From the NCBI GenBank assembly GCA_963796055.1, contig CAWCKH010000004.1, positions 800,001 to 864,000 of the forward strand: a DNA stretch of 64,000 nucleotides, given 5' to 3'. The position numbers and the translations under genes are program-made. The notes below the pieces were generated by a model. It saw nothing but the letters and a program-made list of their open reading frames with translations, was not told the DNA's origin and did not search any database. Shown piece by piece: positions 9,385 to 17,931 of the stretch (position 1 is the first letter of the stretch; each line of letters opens with the position of its first letter). This stretch comes from an uncultured delta proteobacterium. GTDB taxonomy: Bacteria; Myxococcota; Myxococcia; Myxococcales; Myxococcaceae.

Positions 9385-10026
9385 CCCTGCGCACGACGGC
9401 GTGGTGGTGGGCGCTCCTCCTGCTCGCGGGCTGCGGCGGCAAGTACGGCCGCACCGTGCCCGACGACATGGTGAACAAGCTCACCTACGAGGACAAGGTC
9501 GACCTGGTGGAGGCGGAGAACGATCTCTTCGTCGCCTACGACCGGGTGGACGACGCGGAGAACGAGATCCTCCGCACCCGCGATCAGAATCCGCCGGGCC
9601 AAGAGGTCCGAGTCGCTCGCCGGCAGCGAGATCGGCCAGGCCAAGGATCCGGCCACCAAGGACCTGGCGGTGCTGGCCCGCGAGGAGGCACAGGCGAGGG
9701 TGGAATACCTCCGCGCCAAGCAGGACCTCAACGTCCGCAACCGCGAGCTGGACGAGCTGAACCGCACCTGCGCCATCACCCGTTACCAGCTGGCCCGGCT
9801 CACCGCGGTGCGGAAGGTGAAGGTCCCGGGCAGCGAGCGCTACGACCCCAAGGACTTCGACCATCAAGTGAAGCAGTGCGAGGGCGAGCTGGCGGAGCGG
9901 AAGAAGGCCGCCAAGCCCGAGCGGGAGCGGATGGAGAAGGCGCGGGCCGAGTGGGAGAAGAAGCGCGACGTGGTGGCCCGGAAGAGCTTCGACGCCCGGG
10001 CCAGCCCCTTCGTGGAGAAGCTGTAG
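9381..10026 (+). CDS. Coiled-coil lipoprotein with +1 frameshift at 9588-9589 (probable sequencing error)
   Basis: Lipobox LLAGC. Removing one A from CAGAATCC joins ...EILRTRDQ to IRRAKRSESLAG...LAREEAQARVEY..., giving a 214-aa ORF that stops at 10026, next to the following ATG. Confidence 0.7.
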
Positions 10027-11979
10027 ATGACGGGTGCGGCCTTCCTCCCGCTGGCGCTGCTCCTCCTCGCGGCCCCGGAGACGGGCAGGCTCCGCGAGTC
10101 GGTGAAGGCCGACGAGGCCCGGCTGCGCGACTCACCCGACGACGCCGAGGCGCTCCGCCGGCTGGGGATCGCCTATCTCTCGCTGGAGGAGCCGGACCGG
10201 GCGGTGCCGCCGCTGCGCGAGCTGGCCCGCCGCCGACCCGGCCCCGAGTCCACCCTGCTCCTGGTGCGGGCGCTCCGGCTCGCCGGCGAGGCGGCCGAGG
10301 CCAAGGCGCTGCTCGACGCCGCCATCACCCAGAGCCCGTCCGACCCGGCGCTGCACGTGGAACGAGCGCTGCTGGCCCGCTCGCTGGACGACAACGAGGG
10401 AGCGGTCCGGGCCTGGACCCGGGTCACCGAGCTCCAGCCCCGGGACGCCACCGCGCACTTCAACCTCGCCGAGTCGCTGCATCGCAGCGCGCGCATCGAC
10501 GAGGCCATCGCCTCCTACCGCAAGGCGCTGGAGCTCGACCCCGGCCTCACCGTGGCCAAGGTGAACCTGGCCAAGGCGCTGGCGGAGAAGGGGCTGCTCG
10601 GAGAGGCCAAGGAGCTGCTGATCTCCGCCGCGGCCGCGGCCCCGCTCGACCCCGCCACCCACTACAACCTCGGGGTGCTGCTGCTGCGCGAGGGCAACGT
10701 GCCCGGGGCCATCGGGGCGTTCGAGCGCACCCTGCAGCTGGACCCGCACTCGGCGGAGGCGCACAACAACCTCGGCGTGGCGTTCGACTGGAAGGACGAT
10801 TTCGAGGGTGCCCGCCGCGAGTTCCTGGCCGCGACCCGGGAAGATCCCCGTTCGGCCGAGGCCTGGTTCAACCTCGGCCTGTCGTACTTCCGCACCGGCG
10901 ACAACCTCCGCGCCAACCAGGCCTTCGCCCGCGCGCAGACCATCAACCCCAGCGCCAGCGCGCCCTACATCCAGCTCGGGCAGCTGTACTTGAAGCAGGG
11001 CAAGCGTACCCAGGCGGTGGCCGCCTTCCAGAAGGCCATCGCCCTCATGGCCGAGGACCGCAAGGCCTCGCGCAGCACCGAGGCCTACCGGGGGCTGGCC
11101 ATCGCCTACGTGGGCCTGGGGCGATTCAAGGAGGCCATCGCGGTGCTGGAGAAGGCGGTGCGGGAGTTCCCGCAGGACGGGAGCGCCCGGGCCGCGCTGG
11201 CCGATGCCCATCTGGCCATGGGTGACCTCGACGGCGCCATCGCCGAGGCCGAGAAGCGCCTGCAGCTCGAGCCCACCAGCGAGGCCCGGCTGGAGCTCGC
11301 CGCGCTCTACGCCCGCAAGCGGGTGGCTGCCAAGGCCGAGCCGCTGTACCTGACGGTGCTCAAGGAGCGGCCGGAGGACATCGTCGCCGCGCTCGGCCTC
11401 GCCGACCTCTACCTGGCCAAGGGCGACTACGCCGCCGCCGAGCGGGTGCTGGGCCGGGCCAAGGACCGGCACCCCGACGACACCGCGGTGCTCTCGCGGC
11501 TGGGCGTGCTGCACAGCCGCCGCGGGCGCCCCGACCTGGCCCTGCCGGAGCTGGAGCAGCTCGTCCGACGCGACCCGACGCAGCTGGAGGCCAAGGCCGA
11601 GCTCGGCTCGCTCTACTTCCGGGGCGGCGACCCGGACACCGCGCTGAAGACGCTGAGGAGCGTGCTGGCCACCGACAGCCGCCAGCCGCTGGCCCACATG
11701 TACCTGGGGCAGGTGCTGTTCGAGCGCGGCCAGCCGGCCGAGGCGGAGAAGGCGTTCCGCGCCAGCCTGGCGGTCGACCCGACCTTCGGGGCGCCGCACT
11801 TCTACCTGGGGCAGCTCTACGAGTCGCAGGACAGAAAGAAGGACGCGCTCCGCGAGTACCGCGAGGCGGTGGCCCGGCAGGCGGACCTCACCGCCGCGGC
11901 CGAGGCGGCGAAGCGGCTCGAGGCGACGGCTCCGGGCGCGGTCCCCACCCAGGGCAGCGCCGCCCGCCCGGCGCGCTGA
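10027..11979 (+). CDS. Exported multi-TPR protein
   Basis: Signal peptide and many canonical TPR repeats (AHFNLA, HYNLG, AHNNLG, AWFNLG, PHFYLG). Confidence 0.9.
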   Translation: MTGAAFLPLALLLLAAPETGRLRESVKADEARLRDSPDDAEALRRLGIAYLSLEEPDRAVPPLRELARRRPGPESTLLLVRALRLAGEAAEAKALLDAAITQSPSDPALHVERALLARSLDDNEGAVRAWTRVTELQPRDATAHFNLAESLHRSARIDEAIASYRKALELDPGLTVAKVNLAKALAEKGLLGEAKELLISAAAAAPLDPATHYNLGVLLLREGNVPGAIGAFERTLQLDPHSAEAHNNLGVAFDWKDDFEGARREFLAATREDPRSAEAWFNLGLSYFRTGDNLRANQAFARAQTINPSASAPYIQLGQLYLKQGKRTQAVAAFQKAIALMAEDRKASRSTEAYRGLAIAYVGLGRFKEAIAVLEKAVREFPQDGSARAALADAHLAMGDLDGAIAEAEKRLQLEPTSEARLELAALYARKRVAAKAEPLYLTVLKERPEDIVAALGLADLYLAKGDYAAAERVLGRAKDRHPDDTAVLSRLGVLHSRRGRPDLALPELEQLVRRDPTQLEAKAELGSLYFRGGDPDTALKTLRSVLATDSRQPLAHMYLGQVLFERGQPAEAEKAFRASLAVDPTFGAPHFYLGQLYESQDRKKDALREYREAVARQADLTAAAEAAKRLEATAPGAVPTQGSAARPAR

Positions 11980-12015
11980 TGGCCGAGACCATCCGGGTCG
12001 AGATGAGGCCGCCCC

Positions 12016-12420
12016 TCACCGCTGCGGGGCCCGCTGGTGGGCCGCCTTGCGGAACACCAGGAAGCGGAGCACCAGCAGCTGGCCGATGCTGAAGACCAGC
12101 ACGTCGGCGATCAGCTTCGCCACCACCACCGGCACGTCGAACCGGTCGGCGAGGATGCCCACCAGCGAGGCGTGGATGGACATGGCGACGAGGGTGGAGA
12201 GGATGTAGCGCACCGCCTGCCCGGCCACCGGCGTGCCGTGCGCCCGGAAGGCGAAGATCCGGTTGAGGAAGAACGCCAGGGTCGAGCCAATGGCCACGCC
12301 CGCAGCGGCGCCCACGGGCGTGGGTAGCTTGAGCAGGCGCACGCAGACCAGCAGCACACAGATGTCGACCACCGTGGCCAGCGCGCCCACCTGGAGGCTC
12401 CGCGCCGCCCAGGAACGCAT
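12016..12420 (-). CDS. GtrA family membrane protein
   Basis: VGALATVVD, AFFLNRIFAF and VVAKLIAD motifs with four hydrophobic helices. Start could be up to 12513. Confidence 0.8.
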   Translation of the reverse strand: MRSWAARSLQVGALATVVDICVLLVCVRLLKLPTPVGAAAGVAIGSTLAFFLNRIFAFRAHGTPVAGQAVRYILSTLVAMSIHASLVGILADRFDVPVVVAKLIADVLVFSIGQLLVLRFLVFRKAAHQRAPQR

Positions 12421-12544
12421 CACCCGCTGAACGACTGCCCGGAACGACGAGCGACCGTAGCCAATCCACCCCCGCGCGGCGCCCCCGGCCTCTCCGCTCT
12501 CGGGGATCCTCACCGCTCAGCCCCCGGGGTGCACCCCGGCCTGC

Positions 12545-13855
12545 CTACCGATGGGGTCCGCCGCCGTGACCACCGCCGCCGCCGCTCGCGTGGCCGCCCC
12601 CGCCTCCGGAGTGCACCGCGCCGCCACCGCCACCGCTCACGTGGGGGGACGACGGCGCGGAGAACCCGCGGGAGGGGGCGGAGAAGCCGCCCGGCGACGA
12701 GAAGCCCCGCGAGGGCGTGGAGAAGGTGCGCGACCCACCGAACCCGCCGGCGGAGGGGGCGGAGTAGCCGCGCGACGGGGCGGCGAAGGTCTGCGGGCCG
12801 GACGGGCCGGCGAAGGTGCGCGGGCCGCCGAAGCCCGGGGATTCCGACCGCGACTGGGGCGTCCAGTACCCGAGCGAGCGCGGCCGGGGCCCGGGCGCCG
12901 AGGGGCCGGACGGAGCCGTCGGTCTGGGGCCGGCCGGACGGGGCGCGGAGAAGCCACCGCCGGTGGAAGGAGAGGGGCTCCCCCGCCACGGGCTGGGGGT
13001 GGCGGGCGCGCGCCAGCCGCCGCCCGTCGAAGGTGCGCCCCCGGGCGTGGATGGCCGGACCACGCCGGGGAAGGGCTGGCCCGGCCGGGGGGCAAGGACG
13101 CCCGGCCCGCCGCGCGAGGGCGGAAGCACCGGCTGCACCCGGCCCGGTGGCGGGGGAGTGAAGCCCGTCACCCGCGGAACGGGGCGCCCCACCGAGTGCT
13201 CCACCTGGGTCACCGGCGGACCCGCGTACCAGCGCGCCCGCCCGTAGCTCACCGCCTGGTGCACCGGCACGGTGGCCGCGTACGCCGAGTGGATGCGGTC
13301 CACCGGGAGCCGGTAGGCCCACACGTCGTGATAGATGAAGACATTGCTCGGGACGAAGCACCAGTAGGGTCGCCAGGGCTGCACCACCACCGCGAAGCCC
13401 ACCGGGGGCAGCGGCGCCCAGCCGATGTAGCCGCCTCCGAATCGCCAGTCGACCCATGCGGGGGCCCAGACGCTTCCTGGGTACCAGACCCAGCCCCAGG
13501 ACGGCGTCAGCGCCCACCGCCCGTAGTGAAAGGGCGCCCACCCCCAAGGGTAGTCACTCTCCCAGGTCCATCCCCAGTCCGAGTAGACCCACCGGCCGCC
13601 GGTGGCGTAGGGCTGGAAATCGTCGCCCACCACGTCCGGGTCCGGGCGCCAGGCGCGTCCGTCGTTGGGTCCCTCCCCGGTGTCCACCCACTGGCCGTAG
13701 GGCGAGAGCGTCTCGTCGAAGCTGGTGACGTCGGTGTCGCCGTCCGGCTGGGGAATGGGCTCGTCCTGGGCACGGGCGGGGGCGGCGACGACGAGGAAGC
13801 CCCAGCAGAGGGCCCCCCCGAGCACCGCCAGCCATCGTGCGCGCCGCCTCACCAT
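12545..13855 (-). CDS. DUF6600-type Trp/Pro-rich exported protein with Gly/Pro/Ser-rich tail
   Basis: LSPYGQW, FQPYATGGRWVYSDWGWTWESDYPWGWAPFHYGRW, WAPAWVDWR and IGWAPLPP. C-terminal FSAPSRG repeats. Confidence 0.8.
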   Translation of the reverse strand: MVRRRARWLAVLGGALCWGFLVVAAPARAQDEPIPQPDGDTDVTSFDETLSPYGQWVDTGEGPNDGRAWRPDPDVVGDDFQPYATGGRWVYSDWGWTWESDYPWGWAPFHYGRWALTPSWGWVWYPGSVWAPAWVDWRFGGGYIGWAPLPPVGFAVVVQPWRPYWCFVPSNVFIYHDVWAYRLPVDRIHSAYAATVPVHQAVSYGRARWYAGPPVTQVEHSVGRPVPRVTGFTPPPPGRVQPVLPPSRGGPGVLAPRPGQPFPGVVRPSTPGGAPSTGGGWRAPATPSPWRGSPSPSTGGGFSAPRPAGPRPTAPSGPSAPGPRPRSLGYWTPQSRSESPGFGGPRTFAGPSGPQTFAAPSRGYSAPSAGGFGGSRTFSTPSRGFSSPGGFSAPSRGFSAPSSPHVSGGGGGAVHSGGGGGHASGGGGGHGGGPHR

Positions 13856-13952
13856 CGGGACATCCTTCCCTGGCCCATCCGCTCCGGCAAGGAGCCGGGC
13901 GAGCCACCCTGGTGGACGCAGAACCCGTGGAACTTATTCACGGGCCGAGTGG

Positions 13953-15647
13953 CTACTCCTCCAGGAAGCTGTGCTCCCGGAAGGTGGTCTTCCCGGACTC
14001 GATGTCTGCGGTCCAGGACCTGGATTTCTTCCCGTTCACCAGGCGCACGGTGTGGGACCCGGGCGCCAGGGGGACCCGGCGGCTCCCTTCGACGTCCCCG
14101 AGGAGCTTTCCGTCCACGAAGAGCTTTCCCCAGGGCTGGACCTTCACCACCAGAAAACCCGGGACGACCGGAGGGACAGCGCGCTCCTCGGGCCGTGGGG
14201 CAGGGGTGGGCGCGCGGGCCTCGAGGGAGGGCGGAGGGGGGACCGGCATGGCCGGCGGAGTGGGCATGCCGACGGGGGGAACGGGTGGGACGGCCTCGGA
14301 GCGGGACTCGGTCCGGCCGGCGAGGAAGGCAATGCTGCCCACCCCGAGCACCACCGCCACGCCCAGGACGGCGAGGACCGCCCGGCGGCGCCGGGCGCCG
14401 AGCTCGGCGGCGAGGACCCGTATCTCCTCGGACGGGGCCTGCGTCACTACGCTCTGCCGGCCTCCCGGCGCGGTGGCCCCGGACGACTGGCGGCTGGCGG
14501 GGGTGCGGGTGGGAGCGAAGGCCTCTTCCTCGGGCGCGGGGCCGCCGCTCCCCGACGGGACCGTCTGCTGCAAGAGGCGCCCGGGCGCGTCTCGCCGGGT
14601 TTCTTGAAGTCCCGAGCTCCGTGCCGTGGGGTGCGGCCGCGAGGCGGTGGGCCCCCCGGACGGGACGAGCTGGAGCGGGACCATCGGCTCGGTGTCCTCT
14701 TCGGCGGCGGCGTCCTCCGGAAAGAGCGAGCGGATGAAGAGCCCCACGTCGGTGTCCTCGGGCGTGCGGGTGGCCCCGATGACGTAGGTGAGGAGCCGCC
14801 GCTCGAGCTCGGCCGCGTTCTGGAACCGGCGAGCCGCGTCGCGCTGGAGCGCGGTCATCACCACCTCGGCGAGCGCGGGCTCCACTGCCGGATTCAGGGA
14901 CGACGGCGGGGCGATCTCCCGCTCCTGCACCGCGCGGAGCACCGCCACGTCGCTGTCGCCGTCGAACAGGCGGGCGCCGGTGAGCAGCTCCCACAGGGTG
15001 ATACCGAGGGCGAAGAGGTCGGTCCGGGCGTCCACCGGCTCGCCACGCGCCTGCTCCGGCGCCATGTAGGCGAACTTGCCCTTGAGCATCCCCGCGGTGC
15101 TGGCGCGGTTGCTGGCCTTGGCGATGCCGAAGTCGGTCAGCTTCACCGCGCCCTCGTAGGAGACGAGGACGTTGTGCGGGGTGACGTCGCGGTGCACCAG
15201 GCCCAGCGACTGTCCGTGCTCGGTGAGCCGGTGGGCGTAGGCCAGCCCACGCGCGACCTCGAGGGAGATCTGGGCCGCGAGCACCGGGGGAAAGGGTCGG
15301 GCGAGGAGGCGCGCGCGACGGTGGAGCTCGGCCAGCGACTTCCCCCGGACGTACTCCATGGCCAGGTAGTAGCTGTCCTCGTGCCGGTCGAAATCGAAGA
15401 TGTGGACCACGTTGGCGTGGTTCAGCCGGGAGGCCACCCGGGCCTCGGCGATGAACATCTGGACGAAGCTCGGATCGTCGGCCAGCGCCGAGCGGATCCG
15501 CTTGATGACCACCTGCTTCTCGAAGCCCTCCGGCCCGTGGGACTGGGCGAGGAAGATCTCCGCCATCCCGCCCTCGGCGAGCTTCCTGCGGATGACGTAC
15601 CGGCCGACCGGGGTGCCAGGGGCGAGGGACACGAGAGGCCTCGGCAC
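13953..15647 (-). CDS. Membrane Ser/Thr protein kinase with C-terminal PEGA-like domain
   Basis: LAEGGMAEIF, VVIK, HRDVTPHN, DFG, YMAPE, DLFALG; TM helix; C-terminal VQPWGKLFVDG. Start is approximate (GTG 15647 or 15632). Confidence 0.9.
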   Translation of the reverse strand: MPRPLVSLAPGTPVGRYVIRRKLAEGGMAEIFLAQSHGPEGFEKQVVIKRIRSALADDPSFVQMFIAEARVASRLNHANVVHIFDFDRHEDSYYLAMEYVRGKSLAELHRRARLLARPFPPVLAAQISLEVARGLAYAHRLTEHGQSLGLVHRDVTPHNVLVSYEGAVKLTDFGIAKASNRASTAGMLKGKFAYMAPEQARGEPVDARTDLFALGITLWELLTGARLFDGDSDVAVLRAVQEREIAPPSSLNPAVEPALAEVVMTALQRDAARRFQNAAELERRLLTYVIGATRTPEDTDVGLFIRSLFPEDAAAEEDTEPMVPLQLVPSGGPTASRPHPTARSSGLQETRRDAPGRLLQQTVPSGSGGPAPEEEAFAPTRTPASRQSSGATAPGGRQSVVTQAPSEEIRVLAAELGARRRRAVLAVLGVAVVLGVGSIAFLAGRTESRSEAVPPVPPVGMPTPPAMPVPPPPSLEARAPTPAPRPEERAVPPVVPGFLVVKVQPWGKLFVDGKLLGDVEGSRRVPLAPGSHTVRLVNGKKSRSWTADIESGKTTFREHSFLEE

Positions 15648-15667
15648 ACTAACCCGGGCCGCGTTCC

Positions 15668-16306
15668 TCAGTCTCGCCCGCCCCGGCCCGGCTCGTCCGC
15701 GGGGCGGCGGTGCTTCCTTCGGGTCAGCATCTGGACGGTGGCGGTGTAGAGCTGCTCCTCGGTGTAGACGCGCCGTGAACGCCCCTGGGCGTGGGTGGCC
15801 GGCGGGCGCTCGAGCCAGGCGAGGATGCGCACCGGACCGTGGTGGGCGAACGGGCCCATCACCTCGGGCGGGCACTGTCGCAGGTAGCGGCGGAGCACCG
15901 GGCGGAAGGAGCGAGAGAACTTGCCACCCAGCCGGGCGTGGCGCCGCGAGGGGTCCAGGGTGCCGTCGAAGGCGGGGCTCACGTGGTACAGCTCGTGGAG
16001 GAGGGTCTCGATGCGCTGCACGGGCCGTGCGTCGCGGAAGAAGAGCGGCCGCAGGGTCACGCAGTAGAGCATCCGCCGTCCGTCGATCCGCACCACCGGC
16101 TTGCGCGACCCGGAGTGGTCGCGACTCTTCCCCCGGGCGAAGGCCAGGGGCTTCACCGAGCCGCGGGATGCCCGGCGCGCCTCGCCGGCCACCACCAGCA
16201 CCTTGGTCGGGACGAGGTGGGCGAACTCCGGCGAGCGCTCCGCGAGGTCGCGCATCAGGGCGCGGATGGCGCGGTTGAGATTGAGGGGCCTCGAGGAGAG
16301 GGGCAC
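15668..16306 (-). CDS. Putative zinc metallopeptidase (HExxH)
   Basis: IETLLHELYH motif with a downstream RRH. Confidence 0.65.
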   Translation of the reverse strand: MPLSSRPLNLNRAIRALMRDLAERSPEFAHLVPTKVLVVAGEARRASRGSVKPLAFARGKSRDHSGSRKPVVRIDGRRMLYCVTLRPLFFRDARPVQRIETLLHELYHVSPAFDGTLDPSRRHARLGGKFSRSFRPVLRRYLRQCPPEVMGPFAHHGPVRILAWLERPPATHAQGRSRRVYTEEQLYTATVQMLTRRKHRRPADEPGRGGRD

Positions 16307-16345
16307 GCCGCAGGCTGGATGCTACAAGAAGTCCCCCGGTGACGC

Positions 16346-17047
16346 GTGACGGTGTTCCTCCTCGGACAGGATCCTGAGTCCTTTCCCCCACCCGAGCGGG
16401 CGGACCGCTCGGGGCTTCTGGCCATCGGCGGCGACCTCACGCCGGCGCGCCTGCTGGCCGGCTACCGGCGGGGCATCTTCCCCTGGTACTCCGAGGGGCA
16501 GCCCATCCTCTGGCACTCGCCCGACCCGCGCTTCGTGCTGCTCCCCGCGCACCTCCACGTGCCGCGAAGTCTGGACAAGGTGCTGCGGCGGAGGGCGTAC
16601 GAGATCCGCGCCGACACCGCGTTCGCCGAGGTGCTGCGCGCCTGCGCGGAGGCGCCCCGACCCGGGCAGGACGGGACGTGGATCACCCGGGAGATGGACC
16701 GCGCCTACCTGGCGCTGCATCGGCTGGGGCACGCCCACTCGGTGGAGGCCTGGAAGGACGGCACGCTGGTGGGAGGCCTGTACGGCGTGGCGCTGGGGCG
16801 GGTCTTCTTCGGCGAGAGCATGTTCGCCACCAGCCCCGATGCCTCCAAGGCGGCGTTCGCCACCATGGCCCGGGCCCTGTTCGATGGGGGCTGCCTGCTC
16901 ATCGACTGTCAGGTGGAGACCGAGCACCTGGCGCGGTTCGGCGCGGCCGACATCTCCCGTCGGCGCTTCCTGCAGCTGCTGGGGCCGGCGGTCGGCGGAG
17001 GCCCGCCCCTGCATCCGGTGTTCGCCTCGCTGGGGGGCCCGCGTTGA
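16346..17047 (+). CDS. aat: Leucyl/phenylalanyl-tRNA--protein transferase
   Basis: GLLAIGGDL, YRRGIFPW, WHSPDPR, AHSVEAW, LVGGLYG, FFGESMF, DASK, LIDCQ, HLARFGA. Confidence 0.95.
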   Translation: MTVFLLGQDPESFPPPERADRSGLLAIGGDLTPARLLAGYRRGIFPWYSEGQPILWHSPDPRFVLLPAHLHVPRSLDKVLRRRAYEIRADTAFAEVLRACAEAPRPGQDGTWITREMDRAYLALHRLGHAHSVEAWKDGTLVGGLYGVALGRVFFGESMFATSPDASKAAFATMARALFDGGCLLIDCQVETEHLARFGAADISRRRFLQLLGPAVGGGPPLHPVFASLGGPR

Positions 17048-17445
17048 CTCCCTCTCCCCCCAGGGCCGCCGCCCGCTGGCTGGTGCTCGGCGTGCTCGCG
17101 CTGGCCGTGGTGATGGCGTTCGGCGTCCGCGGGCTGCTCGCGGCCAGGGTGGTGCAATCCCGGGCAGTGGCGATGATCCGAGCCGGGAGCTTCGCCCAGG
17201 CCCTCGACGAGGCGGACCTCCGGCTCTCGCGTGAACCGGACGACCCGCACCTCCGCGAGGTGGCGGTGCTCGCCGCGCGCTCGCACGTGGAGGCCCTGCT
17301 GGAGCGCAAGACTCCGGTGGCAGACGTGGCAGCGTGGCTCGAGGACCAGCTCGCCCGGCGGCCGTACCTTCGGCCCGCCCTCGCCGGTCGCCTGGCCGAG
17401 CTGCAGGCAGAGGCGAGGCGCAGTGCCCGGCCCGAAAAAAACTAG
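17044..17445 (+). CDS. Hypothetical membrane-anchored helical protein
   Basis: TTG overlaps the aat stop. N-terminal hydrophobic helix WLVLGVLALAVVMAFGV. Confidence 0.55.
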   Translation: MTPSPPRAAARWLVLGVLALAVVMAFGVRGLLAARVVQSRAVAMIRAGSFAQALDEADLRLSREPDDPHLREVAVLAARSHVEALLERKTPVADVAAWLEDQLARRPYLRPALAGRLAELQAEARRSARPEKN

Positions 17446-17452
17446 GCGCATC

Positions 17453-17580
17453 GGGGGAATGGGGGGAATGATTCCCGCAGCCTCGAGGTTTCAGAGGCTG
17501 GGCTGCTGGATCTCCCCCCGGTTCAGCGCCCGCCGGTCTGAGCCGCCGGCCTTCGGGCCGCGGCTCGCCGGTTTTTTTTT
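17453..17580 (+). ncRNA. Candidate structured small RNA or structured 3'UTR
   Basis: Hairpins GGGAA/TTCCC and CAGCCTC/GAGGCTG, a C-rich TCTCCCCCC segment, then a strong terminator. Confidence 0.3.
17533..17580 (+). terminator. Intrinsic terminator
   Basis: GAGCCGC-CGGCC-TTCG-GGCC-GCGGCTC stem (C-UUCG-G tetraloop) followed by T9. Confidence 0.85.
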
Positions 17581-17581
17581 G

Positions 17582-17851
17582 CTACCAGCCGGGGACCTCG
17601 CTGTCGCGCACGTGGCCGAGCGCCCTGCGCACGCGGTCTTCGAGCTTCTCCGGATCGAGCACCACCTTGCCGTCGTGCACCGCCCGGATGGCAGGCACCG
17701 GGATGGCGATGTCACCGGCGTTCTCGATGTAGATGATGAGCGTGGGTTGGGAGCCGCTCCGCAGCTCGCGGACGGCGCCGATCGGATCCGTGCCCTCGGC
17801 GGTGTAGACCTGATCCCCGAGGCGGATGGCGGCGTAGTCGGGCGTGGGCAT
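17582..17851 (-). CDS. Small hypothetical protein, PRC-barrel-like
   Basis: IRLGDQVYTAEG..IGAVRE...IPVPAIRAVHDGKVVL pattern resembles PRC barrels. 89 aa. Confidence 0.6.
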   Translation of the reverse strand: MPTPDYAAIRLGDQVYTAEGTDPIGAVRELRSGSQPTLIIYIENAGDIAIPVPAIRAVHDGKVVLDPEKLEDRVRRALGHVRDSEVPGW

Positions 17852-17931
17852 GGTGGGGGAAAGTACCACCTGCCCGGCAGCCGAGGGGCATCGGCAGATC
17901 CTTTCCAGGGCGGTCCCGTTCAAGGCGAACG

